From NCBI GenBank assembly GCA_028279825.1, contig JANQNA010000006.1, positions 2,771 through 66,770 of the forward strand: a DNA stretch of 64,000 nt, in the 5' to 3' direction. This document shows, one piece after another, positions 55,949 to 64,000 of the stretch (positions are counted from its first letter, which is position 1; each line of letters starts with the position of its first letter). The stretch comes from an archaeon (lineage in GTDB: Archaea > Aenigmatarchaeota > Aenigmatarchaeia > GW2011-AR5). The notes under the pieces were generated by a model, which was given only the letters and a program-made list of their open reading frames with translations, ran no database searches and was not told the DNA's origin. A program made the translations under genes and the position numbers.

Positions 55949-56440
55949 ATGAAGGGTGCTAGTGTATTGATGGCATCGGTTGTCCTTGTTTTGATCACCG
56001 TAGTTGCATCTATTTTTCTATCCGGATGGATGTCTACCACAACTACTGCACAGACTGATAGAATAAAAAACGATACGGAAACGCAGCTGAAGTGCCAGTT
56101 TGCCGATATTTACATAAAAAACGCCACCTATAACTGCAACAGCGACTGCGCTGCAGGCACTGCTCACACATTGTCCCTAACAGTTGTCAATTCCGGGAAG
56201 AAAGGTGTTCTTGTAAACACCATGTATATAAGAAATACCACAGGTCACGTGACTGCTTTGCTGCTTAATGAGACAAAAACACTTAACGTCGGGGATATGC
56301 TGACTGTCCAGAATGTTACGTCGACTTCTTGCACAGGCATAAACAATACAATCGAAGTTATATCCATGAGCACTATTACCTGCCCGGCCACGGCTTACGA
56401 CAGCATACAAGGCGGAGACGTAACCTACATAAACTGTTAG
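55949..56440 (+). CDS. Archaeal type IV pilin-like protein (divergent paralog)
   Basis: MKGASVLMASVVLVLITVVASIFLSGW... 163 aa. Several Cys. Confidence 0.65.
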   Translation: MKGASVLMASVVLVLITVVASIFLSGWMSTTTTAQTDRIKNDTETQLKCQFADIYIKNATYNCNSDCAAGTAHTLSLTVVNSGKKGVLVNTMYIRNTTGHVTALLLNETKTLNVGDMLTVQNVTSTSCTGINNTIEVISMSTITCPATAYDSIQGGDVTYINC

Positions 56441-56507
56441 TATTCATTCTTCGAACACCAATCAATTTCGCACAATCTATATATAGAAAGCTGAGAATGG
56501 TATACAT

Positions 56508-56978
56508 ATGAAGGGAGTCTCGCCGTTGATAGCGACGGTCATGCTTATTGTTATAGTTGTTAGCATTGTTGCTCTGATGTCAGGATGGCTCACGAGTTTC
56601 TTCATGGGTACAAGAGAAACGGTCAGCAACAGGACAGATACAAGTGTTGACTGTACAGGTGCAATAATGACCATTGATGCTGTGTACTTAAAAAACGGCA
56701 CATTTCCTCTGGGAGAGGCTAATGTAGTGGTAAGGAATGAAGGCCTGGTCGATGACCTGGCTATAATGGCTGCTGTTTTGTATAATACAACCGGACATAA
56801 CTTCTCTACAGCTACACCACTTCCGGTGACAGATCTTGATCGCGGCGGTGTTGAGACTCTTCGCTTTGCAAATCTGAGCATAAATGAGAACTGTACTGCT
56901 TTCTCGCGTGTTGTTGTGACAAACCAATGTGGGTCAGATACATTCAAGGGTGCTCCAACAGAGTGTGTCAAATCCTAA
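56508..56978 (+). CDS. Archaeal type IV pilin (paralog)
   Basis: MKGVSPLIATVMLIVIVVSIVALMSGW... 156 aa. C-terminal ...TNQCGSDTFKGAPTECV. Confidence 0.75.
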   Translation: MKGVSPLIATVMLIVIVVSIVALMSGWLTSFFMGTRETVSNRTDTSVDCTGAIMTIDAVYLKNGTFPLGEANVVVRNEGLVDDLAIMAAVLYNTTGHNFSTATPLPVTDLDRGGVETLRFANLSINENCTAFSRVVVTNQCGSDTFKGAPTECVKS

Positions 56979-57013
56979 AAACAGCTTAAAAAGGTTTTGT
57001 TATCTTATTCTAC

Positions 57014-57289
57014 ATGGAGGCTAGTTCGGCTGGTTAGCGGGCAGCTGTAGCCATCAATCCGCTATAGATGGGATCGAAGCTTGAGGGCGATGCCTGTTGT
57101 GAAGGGAGCCCAATGCTTGAGCGTCGAAGCTCAGTCCTGTGGGATCATGTTTATGGCGAATCGGGTCAGGTCCGGAAGGAAGCAGCCCTAACTCATGGGC
57201 GTGGTGCTCTCAGGGTCGCTGAGTGGAGCAATGGTGTTGGACAAACTCTCTTTGTTTCAGACATCCACCTTGGGCGTGCCTCCACTAAT
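57014..57289 (+). ncRNA. Signal recognition particle RNA (7S / SRP RNA)
   Basis: A GC-rich island in AT-rich DNA. It contains the universally conserved helix-8 sequence GGGUCAGGUCCGGAAGGAAGCAGCC (57163-57187). The 5' GGAGGC and 3' GCCUCC termini can pair. It is followed by a T6 tract. The 77-aa track ORF 57068-57301 lies inside it and is rejected. Confidence 0.8.
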
Positions 57290-57327
57290 CTTTTTTCATA
57301 AAAAAGATTAATCAAAAAACAAGAAAA

Positions 57328-57942
57328 GTGGATTCTATGAAGTTTGTGTTTACGAACAGGGAGATAAAGGAAATACTGATATCAGCGGTCGTACTTTCTA
57401 TAGCGTTTGCTTTTGCACTATCAGACGGTTTATTTGGCGTAAGCGTTGCTGCTCTACCCATTCTGATAATTTATGCGTTTATTGGCGTAGGAATAGCCTT
57501 CCTGGCCCATGAGTTGATAGGTCACAAGTTCATCGCGCAGCACTTTGGCATGCACGGCGAATACAGAATGTGGAAAACAGGCCTTTGGATAGCTCTTTTA
57601 AGCTCTTTAGTAGGCTTTGTGTTTGCCGCTCCGGGTGCTGTTTATGTTTCCCCAAAGGTTGATATATGGGGAAAGGCTGCGCCCGTATCTAGAAAGAGAA
57701 TGGGACTTGTATCTTTAGGCGGACCGGTAACAAATCTTATCCTGGCAGGGGTTTTCATTGTGCTTAACATGTTTATGCCGTTTCTGTTCTTCCAGCTGGC
57801 TATCAGCATAAACATCTGGCTGGGACTCTTTAACATGTTGCCACTGCCGCCACTGGACGGGGCAAAGGTCTTCGCCTGGAACAGAGTAGTATGGGTGGCT
57901 GTTTTTGCGTCTCTAGTGGCTATATTTCTGGTATTTCTCTGA
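57328..57942 (+). CDS. Site-2 protease-family (peptidase M50) intramembrane zinc metalloprotease, short form
   Basis: HExxH motif in FLAHELIGHKF within a TM helix. The second metal-ligand motif is NMLPLPPLDGAK (LDG). It has about 6 TM helices and 204 aa. Confidence 0.65.
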   Translation: MDSMKFVFTNREIKEILISAVVLSIAFAFALSDGLFGVSVAALPILIIYAFIGVGIAFLAHELIGHKFIAQHFGMHGEYRMWKTGLWIALLSSLVGFVFAAPGAVYVSPKVDIWGKAAPVSRKRMGLVSLGGPVTNLILAGVFIVLNMFMPFLFFQLAISINIWLGLFNMLPLPPLDGAKVFAWNRVVWVAVFASLVAIFLVFL

Positions 57943-57987
57943 GTACGACAAACTATATATATTGCCTGGCGGCAACAGAACAAACAG

Positions 57988-58407
57988 GTGAAAAAAAATA
58001 TGAAAGGAGTATCAGCAGTTGTAGTTGTTATTTTGCTTCTGCTTATAGCAATTGCAGTTGTAGGAATGTCGTTTTCCTTCTTTAGTCAGGTTACGACCAC
58101 AGCCGGCGAAGCGGCTGTAGAAGATACAGAAACACAGGTTGAGCAGCTAAGAAAAAGGATTTCTATAGATGCTGTTACAAATGAAACGGTTGCAATAAGA
58201 AATTCCGGATCCGTTACAATACCAGCAGCAGAAGTCCAGGTCTATGTAGCTGGTGGAAACGTTACATGTAATCCAGCTTTGACAGACTTTGCCGCACAAA
58301 CAGTCCAGACATGTGACTTTGGTAGCGGTGCAGCGGATGACTGTGTTGCCGGTGAAAAAATAAGAGTCGTGACTCCGTCATTTAGTGTGGAAAACACCTG
58401 CCCATAA
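57988..58407 (+). CDS. Pilin-like protein with class III signal (probable start at the Met of MKGVSAVVVV, position 58000)
   Basis: MKKNMKGVSAVVVVILLLLIAIAVVGMSF... KG then a hydrophobic helix. About 135 aa, with several Cys in the C-terminal half. Confidence 0.55.
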   Translation: MKKNMKGVSAVVVVILLLLIAIAVVGMSFSFFSQVTTTAGEAAVEDTETQVEQLRKRISIDAVTNETVAIRNSGSVTIPAAEVQVYVAGGNVTCNPALTDFAAQTVQTCDFGSGAADDCVAGEKIRVVTPSFSVENTCP

Positions 58408-58481
58408 AATTTTTTTGATTTCCTTTTTTTACACTATCTATAGTCATGGAAATCCTCAGGTACGATAAGTCTAAGAAAAAA

Positions 58482-58766
58482 TCAAACTGTCGAGATCTTT
58501 CCAAACTTTCCGGCTGACAACTGCAATGAACCGTTCCATTCTTTTACATAACCGTTCTCTATCCTCACAGTATCGTCTTTGCTTACTTTCTGGGTTTCAT
58601 CACCCCAAAGAACAAGGACAATCGTGCCGGAATCGTCTTCCAGTGTGGCGTTGGCCACTGTTGTTTTTCCAAACTTCGTGTTCACTTCTCTGGTCTCTTC
58701 CTTTTCAACAACCTTTGCGGTCAGATTTACTTTAGAAGTACCATTCTTTAGCTCTGCTATTTTCAT
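58482..58766 (-). CDS. Single OB-fold nucleic-acid-binding protein (SSB/RPA-like, tRNA_anti-type OB)
   Basis: MKIAELKNGTSKVNLTAKVVE...ATLEDDSGTIVLVLWGDET...VRIENGYVKEWNGSLQLSAGKFGKI is the canonical OB-fold pattern of short archaeal SSB-like proteins. Confidence 0.55.
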   Translation of the reverse strand: MKIAELKNGTSKVNLTAKVVEKEETREVNTKFGKTTVANATLEDDSGTIVLVLWGDETQKVSKDDTVRIENGYVKEWNGSLQLSAGKFGKISTV

Positions 58767-58826
58767 AGTTAGTAGTTGTTGGACAAACTTAAAAAGCTAA
58801 TAAATTACTGTGACAATAGGATAGAT

Positions 58827-60059
58827 ATGCCTGAGATAGTTGTAGGAAGAAACGACGATGATACAAGGAAGTATGGTACAGAGGGTACTCTGCTTCTTGG
58901 CAAGCATTTAGTCGGTACAGGCGAGGATGCACATCTTACCACACCTGTTCTGATTGACGCCATTCGGCCACACATCTTGACTATAACCGGGAAGAGAGGC
59001 GAGGGTAAAAGTTTTACTCTGGGGGTTGTTGTGGAGGAACTGGTGAAGCTGCCTCAACACATAAAGAAGAATCTGTGCAGCATATTGATAGACACACAGG
59101 GCATCTTCTGGACAATGAAAAGTCCGGCAGAAAAGTCTGCCCAGATGCTCAAGGGCTGGAACATGCAGCCAACCGGTTTTGACGTGCAGGTTTACATACC
59201 GGCAGGGCAGGAAAGAACATTTTCTTCAGCCGGTGTTGATTACGACGATACATTTTCTTTCGCTCCTTCAGAACTATCTGCTGAAGATTGGATTGGTGTG
59301 TTTGGACTGGATCCAAATGAACCTTTGGGAATTCTTTTACAAAAGTCATTTGCCAAACTTTCGGATAAATATTCGATAAATGATATTGTTGAAGCTGTAA
59401 GGGCGACGGAAGGTTTTGAAATGGAAAAGCTTGGCTTAGAGAACCGCTTTGAAGCGGCAAAAGGCTGGGGCATATTCGGCGAAAGCAGAATGCCTTCACT
59501 GCTGGAATCGGCTAAAATCAGCATTCTTGATCTGTCTTTAACACCACAGAACGTCAGGACTTTGCTGGTTGCTTTAGCTTCTAAGAAAATATACACAGAG
59601 CGTGTAGCGGCCAGACGTAAAGAAGAATTAGCGGAGATAGAAATGTCTTCGATAAAGAGAACTCCAATGCCATGGATTCTGATAGACGAGGCACACAATT
59701 ACCTTCCTTCAGAAGGTTCAACGCCTGCCACCAACATTCTTAACAGAATCGTAAAAGAAGGTAGACAGCCTGGTATAACACTGGTCCTGGCTACACAAAT
59801 GCCCTACAAACTTCATCCTGATGCATTAGCACAGACAGATTTAATTCTCTCGCATAGATTAACGGCGAAGAATGACATAGATGCTTTGAAAGCAATAATG
59901 CAGACTTACATGTTATATGATGTTACAAAGTACATCAATGAGCTGCCAAAATTAAAGGGAGTGGCAATAATCCTGGACGACAACTCTGAAAGAATATACA
60001 AGGTACGTGTAAGGCCAAGACAAAGCTGGCACGCTGGTTCAAGTCCTGTTGCTATTTAA
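58827..60059 (+). CDS. HerA/FtsK-like P-loop ATPase (DUF87/AAA-like domain)
   Basis: Walker A ILTITGKRGEGKSFT, Walker B ILIDEAHNYLP and the C-terminal LVLATQMPYKLHPDALAQTDLILSHRL typical of HerA/DUF87. The start is set to the ATG at 58827. The track ORF begins at a TTG at 58776. Confidence 0.55.
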   Translation: MPEIVVGRNDDDTRKYGTEGTLLLGKHLVGTGEDAHLTTPVLIDAIRPHILTITGKRGEGKSFTLGVVVEELVKLPQHIKKNLCSILIDTQGIFWTMKSPAEKSAQMLKGWNMQPTGFDVQVYIPAGQERTFSSAGVDYDDTFSFAPSELSAEDWIGVFGLDPNEPLGILLQKSFAKLSDKYSINDIVEAVRATEGFEMEKLGLENRFEAAKGWGIFGESRMPSLLESAKISILDLSLTPQNVRTLLVALASKKIYTERVAARRKEELAEIEMSSIKRTPMPWILIDEAHNYLPSEGSTPATNILNRIVKEGRQPGITLVLATQMPYKLHPDALAQTDLILSHRLTAKNDIDALKAIMQTYMLYDVTKYINELPKLKGVAIILDDNSERIYKVRVRPRQSWHAGSSPVAI

Positions 60060-60083
60060 GAAGTTTTCTATTCTCGTATTCTC

Positions 60084-60494
60084 ATGGATAGGAGAACTAG
60101 GGCATTAATTGGGGAATTGCAAAATGAACTGGATACAGCAGCACATCCAGTTGGTTATACTGTTGAGTCGTATAGATCTCGAGGCAGAAGTGGGAGTAGT
60201 GACATACCTTTTGATGTAGCCGTTACTTGGCTTGAAGGAGATGTACGTGGTTTGAAGTCTGCTGTGGAGAGACTTAGGGAAAAGTTTCTGTATATTCATG
60301 AAGAACTTGCTCCATATGTTGAAGAAACTGGCGTGAAAGATGCACTTTATGATATGGCCGAACAAGCTGAACGCGTTCTTACGTTAGCCGGTATACATTC
60401 GCGTTTGCCTGGTACAAATGAAGAGTATATGGAAATTCTTAGTAGGGGCACTCGTTTTATGTATCCGCCTCATGGGGAATCAGGTTCTGATTAG
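60084..60494 (+). CDS. Hypothetical protein (136 aa)
   Basis: ORF with no recognisable motifs. Confidence 0.3.
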   Translation: MDRRTRALIGELQNELDTAAHPVGYTVESYRSRGRSGSSDIPFDVAVTWLEGDVRGLKSAVERLREKFLYIHEELAPYVEETGVKDALYDMAEQAERVLTLAGIHSRLPGTNEEYMEILSRGTRFMYPPHGESGSD

Positions 60495-63400
60495 ATAGTA
60501 CATGTCGCGTTTCTAAGAGTTTCAAGAATGCTGAAGTACGCCGGTTTTTTGTTATAGTTTTCGTCGAAGGGCAGTGGTTCTGATTCCGGGTATCCAAGCC
60601 ATGTTCTCCACCAGGAATATTTGTCAGATAATCCCCATGTGTTGATGCCGATACAGTTTTCATGTGACAGGCATACGTCAAAAATATCCTGGTATATTTG
60701 TGCCTGCAACTCAAGGTCAGGTGTTTCCTGGAAGACATCCATTTCCGTTACCATCACATCTATACCAAGTGCATCCATGTCTTCTATGAAGTTATGGAAA
60801 TTGTCAAGTGTCTGATTGTAATGAGGCATTAATTCATCAACATTCAGGTGCATCTGGACACCTGCAGCATCTATTGGTGTTCCTTTTGCAAGCAGGTCTG
60901 CGATGAGCTGGGTATATTCATAAGCCCATGTGCTGTTCACACCTATTCTACCACTTGATGTTGCCAGGGCTTCGTTTATAAGAAGAACTGCGTCAGGATC
61001 AGCTTCCCTTGCATATTGGAAAGCTTTTTCCATATATGTATGGTTTCCGAGTATCGTTGCCCAGCATGTCTGCTGCCAATGGAATAGCTCACCAAGATCT
61101 CTATATCTTAACGGCTCGTTGATAACATTCCAATACTTTACTTTGCCTTTACCATACTCTACTACGGTTTTGATATGGTCTTCCAATATCTGATCAAGTT
61201 CTTCAACAGTCCAGTTTCCACAATCTTCTAGATGTGTTTTTGTGTCTCTGTCGTAAAATCCTAACCAGGAACCAGCGGATTTATCATGCCATATAAGATG
61301 GAACCCGTGCACTGTCATGTCATTGGCTTGCGCAAGTGCTATTCCTTCGTCCAGCCTGGAAAAATCAAACTCACCTTGCGTGTTTTGCACTATATTGAAA
61401 CTGATTCCTGTAAGAATGTGATTATGTTCTGTGCTCTGTACGCTGTTGTGCAATTCAAGATTGTCATACTGATAGTTCTTTTTTCTCAGGCTGCTGACCT
61501 TGAAATCAAGCCTGTCAGCATAGTATCTTAACGGCTTGTCAACACCACACGGATCGTCACATGCTGATGGTTCTGCTTCTATGAATGCCTCCACCAGACC
61601 GAAGAACGCGGGTTTTGGCGAATAGCTGTCGTAGAATAACAACGGATGTGCATCCGGATATGGATTGTTTGTTTTTGTTCTCAGCCACGTGTCACTGTCT
61701 ACCAGGTCCCATACAGTCAAGCCGGTACAATGGTCATACTCCAGGCAGAGCTCCAGGATATCATGATATAGTTGTTTTTGATTCTCAAATCGTTCGGATT
61801 CACTGGATAGAAATCCTTCACCGCCTTCGTATATATCGATCTCTGTTATCATCACTTCGAGCCCCAGGCTTTCAACCTCTTCAAAGAACCAACGCAGATC
61901 CGGGTAGAAGGATTCGTTCAGCAGATGGGCCGATAGGTGTAATTGTATTCCAACAACGTCCACGGGTATGCTATCTGCCTGTAAATTGCGTATAAGTTCA
62001 AAGAATTTTTCAGCCTTGGGCCAGTTTATTGACTCGCGATTAGAAAAGAAGTTTTCATTTACCATCAACTTCTTCGAAGTTACCTCTCGTGCATATCTCA
62101 GCGATTTTTCTACATATGACGGGTATAGAATATTTCCGGATCCATCTGATACATTTCCCAACATTTTCCGCCAGCAATACCATGGCGTGTACTTTCCATT
62201 ATCGTTTATAGGCTCGTTTATGACCTGCCACACGTAATACGTGTCTCCACCATACTGGATTGTCGTTTGTATAAGCTCCTTTAGAATATCGTCAAGCTCC
62301 TGTATTTTTTCCGGAGTTTCATTCCAGCCTCCACAATCCGGTGTTTTTGTTTGATTCTCGTCGACGAACCCGAGCCATGGTGGTGTTGTTGTATCCTTGT
62401 AGACCAAGGAAGAGCCGAAAAGTTTTTGATTGTCTCTTATAGCATTTCCCATTTGAGTGTCCATCATCTTGTAGTTAAACTTGGATTCATTATTTTCAAA
62501 CCACCAGTCACTGTCCGGCACAAGGTATTTCATCATTGTGGAAGATATCAGATTATTGAATTGTGTTGCGTATGTGGAGTTTCTTATCTGGTAATACGAT
62601 TCGTTCTCATAGAGCCAGAATCTTTTGGTGACTAGTGTACCTACCCAGAAATCGTCGGCAAAATACCTAAGAGATGCATCCGGATAGCCTATGAAGGTAT
62701 TCTTTGTTACAGTATGATCATTTGCCGTTATCTGAACATTGGTGCTGTATTCTGCAATGAAGTCGTCTAACGTATAAGTGCTTGTTTGTCCGGGCAGAAG
62801 CGGGAACAAACCTCTATAGGTTTTTGCCTGTCCGTCGACAGAAAAATCTAAACCTGTAATGTTTCCGGTACCGGTGTTATGTATGCAAATTTTGTTCCCC
62901 TTTATATCTGCAGAAAACGAGGAAACAGGATCTGTAGTGTTTGTTTGGTTGTCAACCGGTTCTCCGGTTTCATTGTCAACTACAATGAACAGCGTGACGT
63001 CAGAGGTGTGGTCCACGTCAAGAGAATTACAATTTGTTCCGGAACTTGCCTGACAATCTTTTACCTTCCATATTCCACTGGTATCTAGGTCTACAGGCAA
63101 GCGGAAAGTTTTCATTGAGTTTGATGATATATCGCTGCATGCTGATTTTAGCGAGTCAATAACACCTAATGGGTTTACTGTTTTACATGATATGGCAGAG
63201 GATTTTGTCTGTGTCCCAATATTTTCGACGATTAACGTCAGGTTTATCCCTTCATTTAATTCAGCTGACGTTGGGGCATATACATTTTTTATAAATAATT
63301 TTGTTTTGGGCGGATTTCTTGCCTCGAACTGCCGGGTTTCTTCAACAACGTCATGTGTTGACAAATCAGAACAGTCGCTCTTTTCTGATATGTGTACTGT

Positions 63401-63805
63401 ACAGGATCTCACATTCCATACACCGGTCACGTTTGTACGTACGTATACGTAAAGATCAGTTCTTTTGTTTTTAGTTAACCGTATACAATCAGAATATACA
63501 TCTGTTGATAACTGCAACGGATTTCTTATACGACAGCTTACCTTTCCGTATATATCTGTTTCACTTGAAACAGATACTTTTACCGGTGCGGACTCGCCCG
63601 TATTTACAGAATATGGAAGAGAAATATCTTCTATCTTTGCGCTGGGGTTGATAATTACGGGATCAACAGGTATTTCCCGGTCTCTGGGTTCCTCATATAC
63701 ATTTTCTTCGGCGCTTGTTACCCATAAAACTGTAAAGGCAATTATGATGGTAATTACGATTATGTAAAAAACAACGGCACCTATTACCAGATTCACACCT
63801 TTCAT
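60491..63805 (-). CDS. Large extracytoplasmic glycoside hydrolase with two GH10 (xylanase-like) catalytic domains, N-terminal Ig-like region and class III-like signal anchor
   Basis: N-terminus MKGVNLVIGAVVFYIIVITIIIAF. GH10 domain 1 has the acid/base in WQVINEP and the nucleophile in MITEIDIY. GH10 domain 2 has WNVINEP and MVTEMDVF. Both carry GIQLH/GVQMH motifs. 1104 aa. Confidence 0.6.
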   Translation of the reverse strand: MKGVNLVIGAVVFYIIVITIIIAFTVLWVTSAEENVYEEPRDREIPVDPVIINPSAKIEDISLPYSVNTGESAPVKVSVSSETDIYGKVSCRIRNPLQLSTDVYSDCIRLTKNKRTDLYVYVRTNVTGVWNVRSCTVHISEKSDCSDLSTHDVVEETRQFEARNPPKTKLFIKNVYAPTSAELNEGINLTLIVENIGTQTKSSAISCKTVNPLGVIDSLKSACSDISSNSMKTFRLPVDLDTSGIWKVKDCQASSGTNCNSLDVDHTSDVTLFIVVDNETGEPVDNQTNTTDPVSSFSADIKGNKICIHNTGTGNITGLDFSVDGQAKTYRGLFPLLPGQTSTYTLDDFIAEYSTNVQITANDHTVTKNTFIGYPDASLRYFADDFWVGTLVTKRFWLYENESYYQIRNSTYATQFNNLISSTMMKYLVPDSDWWFENNESKFNYKMMDTQMGNAIRDNQKLFGSSLVYKDTTTPPWLGFVDENQTKTPDCGGWNETPEKIQELDDILKELIQTTIQYGGDTYYVWQVINEPINDNGKYTPWYCWRKMLGNVSDGSGNILYPSYVEKSLRYAREVTSKKLMVNENFFSNRESINWPKAEKFFELIRNLQADSIPVDVVGIQLHLSAHLLNESFYPDLRWFFEEVESLGLEVMITEIDIYEGGEGFLSSESERFENQKQLYHDILELCLEYDHCTGLTVWDLVDSDTWLRTKTNNPYPDAHPLLFYDSYSPKPAFFGLVEAFIEAEPSACDDPCGVDKPLRYYADRLDFKVSSLRKKNYQYDNLELHNSVQSTEHNHILTGISFNIVQNTQGEFDFSRLDEGIALAQANDMTVHGFHLIWHDKSAGSWLGFYDRDTKTHLEDCGNWTVEELDQILEDHIKTVVEYGKGKVKYWNVINEPLRYRDLGELFHWQQTCWATILGNHTYMEKAFQYAREADPDAVLLINEALATSSGRIGVNSTWAYEYTQLIADLLAKGTPIDAAGVQMHLNVDELMPHYNQTLDNFHNFIEDMDALGIDVMVTEMDVFQETPDLELQAQIYQDIFDVCLSHENCIGINTWGLSDKYSWWRTWLGYPESEPLPFDENYNKKPAYFSILETLRNATCTI

Positions 63806-63838
63806 AAGTTTATCTTCTTTCTAACATATTTATTTTTA

Positions 63839-64000
63839 TGAAATACACATGGCTGCTTGTTGCCCTTTGTTTTATCGGATTCTTTGGGATATTCTTAGGA
63901 CAGCCGTTTTATGATACATACGGATTTTCCACGGATAATCTGTTTGAGCGTCCATATGTCCTGATAACATCAATATTCATGCACGGGTCTCTGGAACATT
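63839..64000 (+). CDS. Second rhomboid-family protease, N-terminal fragment truncated by the window edge
   Basis: MKYTWLLVALCFIGFFGIFLGQ...RPYVLITSIFMHGSLEH matches the rhomboid TM2 motif (compare VTSMFLHGSTMH in the 4413 gene). Confidence 0.45.

Noticed and set aside
57068-57301. 77-aa ORF in the track
   Set aside because: It lies entirely within the SRP RNA gene. The GC-rich composition reflects RNA structure, not coding.

Overview
This is an AT-rich archaeal chromosomal window. The archaeal assignment rests on TFB, an archaeal histone, aIF5A (translation initiation factor 5A), the ether-lipid genes G1P dehydrogenase and GGGP synthase, Hel308, ribosomal protein S26e, an intron-containing tRNA, 7S SRP RNA and many class III (prepilin-type) signal peptides. 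Lineage cannot be fixed from sequence alone. A small-genome uncultured archaeon, possibly DPANN-like, is a guess.

Positions 1 to about 17.4 kb are housekeeping. They hold a glmS-glmU pair, TFB, a UPF0104 membrane protein, a rhomboid protease, a histone, aIF5A, a short archaeosortase-family protein, a coiled-coil protein built of 18-residue repeats, G1P dehydrogenase and GGGP synthase, a prepilin-peptidase-like protein, UPP synthase, a TrmI-like methyltransferase, a tRNA of about 150 nt with intron(s), Hel308, a polyprenyl synthase and S26e.

From about 17.7 kb to 58.4 kb the window is dominated by a cell-surface and pilus super-locus:
- a FlaI/FlaH/split-FlaJ-like type IV filament assembly core with no archaellin gene;
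- a membrane-tethered wHTH protein, a pilin/FlaF-like protein and a 59-aa HTH gene that is absent from the ORF track;
- a 726-aa Ig-repeat surface protein whose C-terminus carries a TM helix followed by a basic tail;
- a 3614-aa giant secreted protein carrying a beta-propeller-like repeat block, about 1500 residues of Hep_Hag/YadA-head-like AIAIG repeats and a conserved C-terminal domain;
- four paralogous LVIVD/SBBP beta-propeller proteins with shared N- and C-terminal modules;
- a tightly coupled operon of a wHTH-nucleotidyltransferase, a 1359-aa LamG-lectin protein and five proteins with pilin-like N-termini, one of them fused to LamG;
- a cluster of six archaeal type IV pilin genes with a 7S SRP RNA gene and a site-2 protease embedded in it.

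The right end holds an OB-fold protein, a HerA/DUF87-like ATPase, a 1104-aa tandem GH10 xylanase-like protein with a class III-like N-terminus, and the start of a second rhomboid.

Non-coding features are a 44-bp motif conserved at two distant intergenic sites, an inverted-repeat operator candidate and an 18-bp direct repeat pair. No CRISPR array, transposase or integrase was seen.
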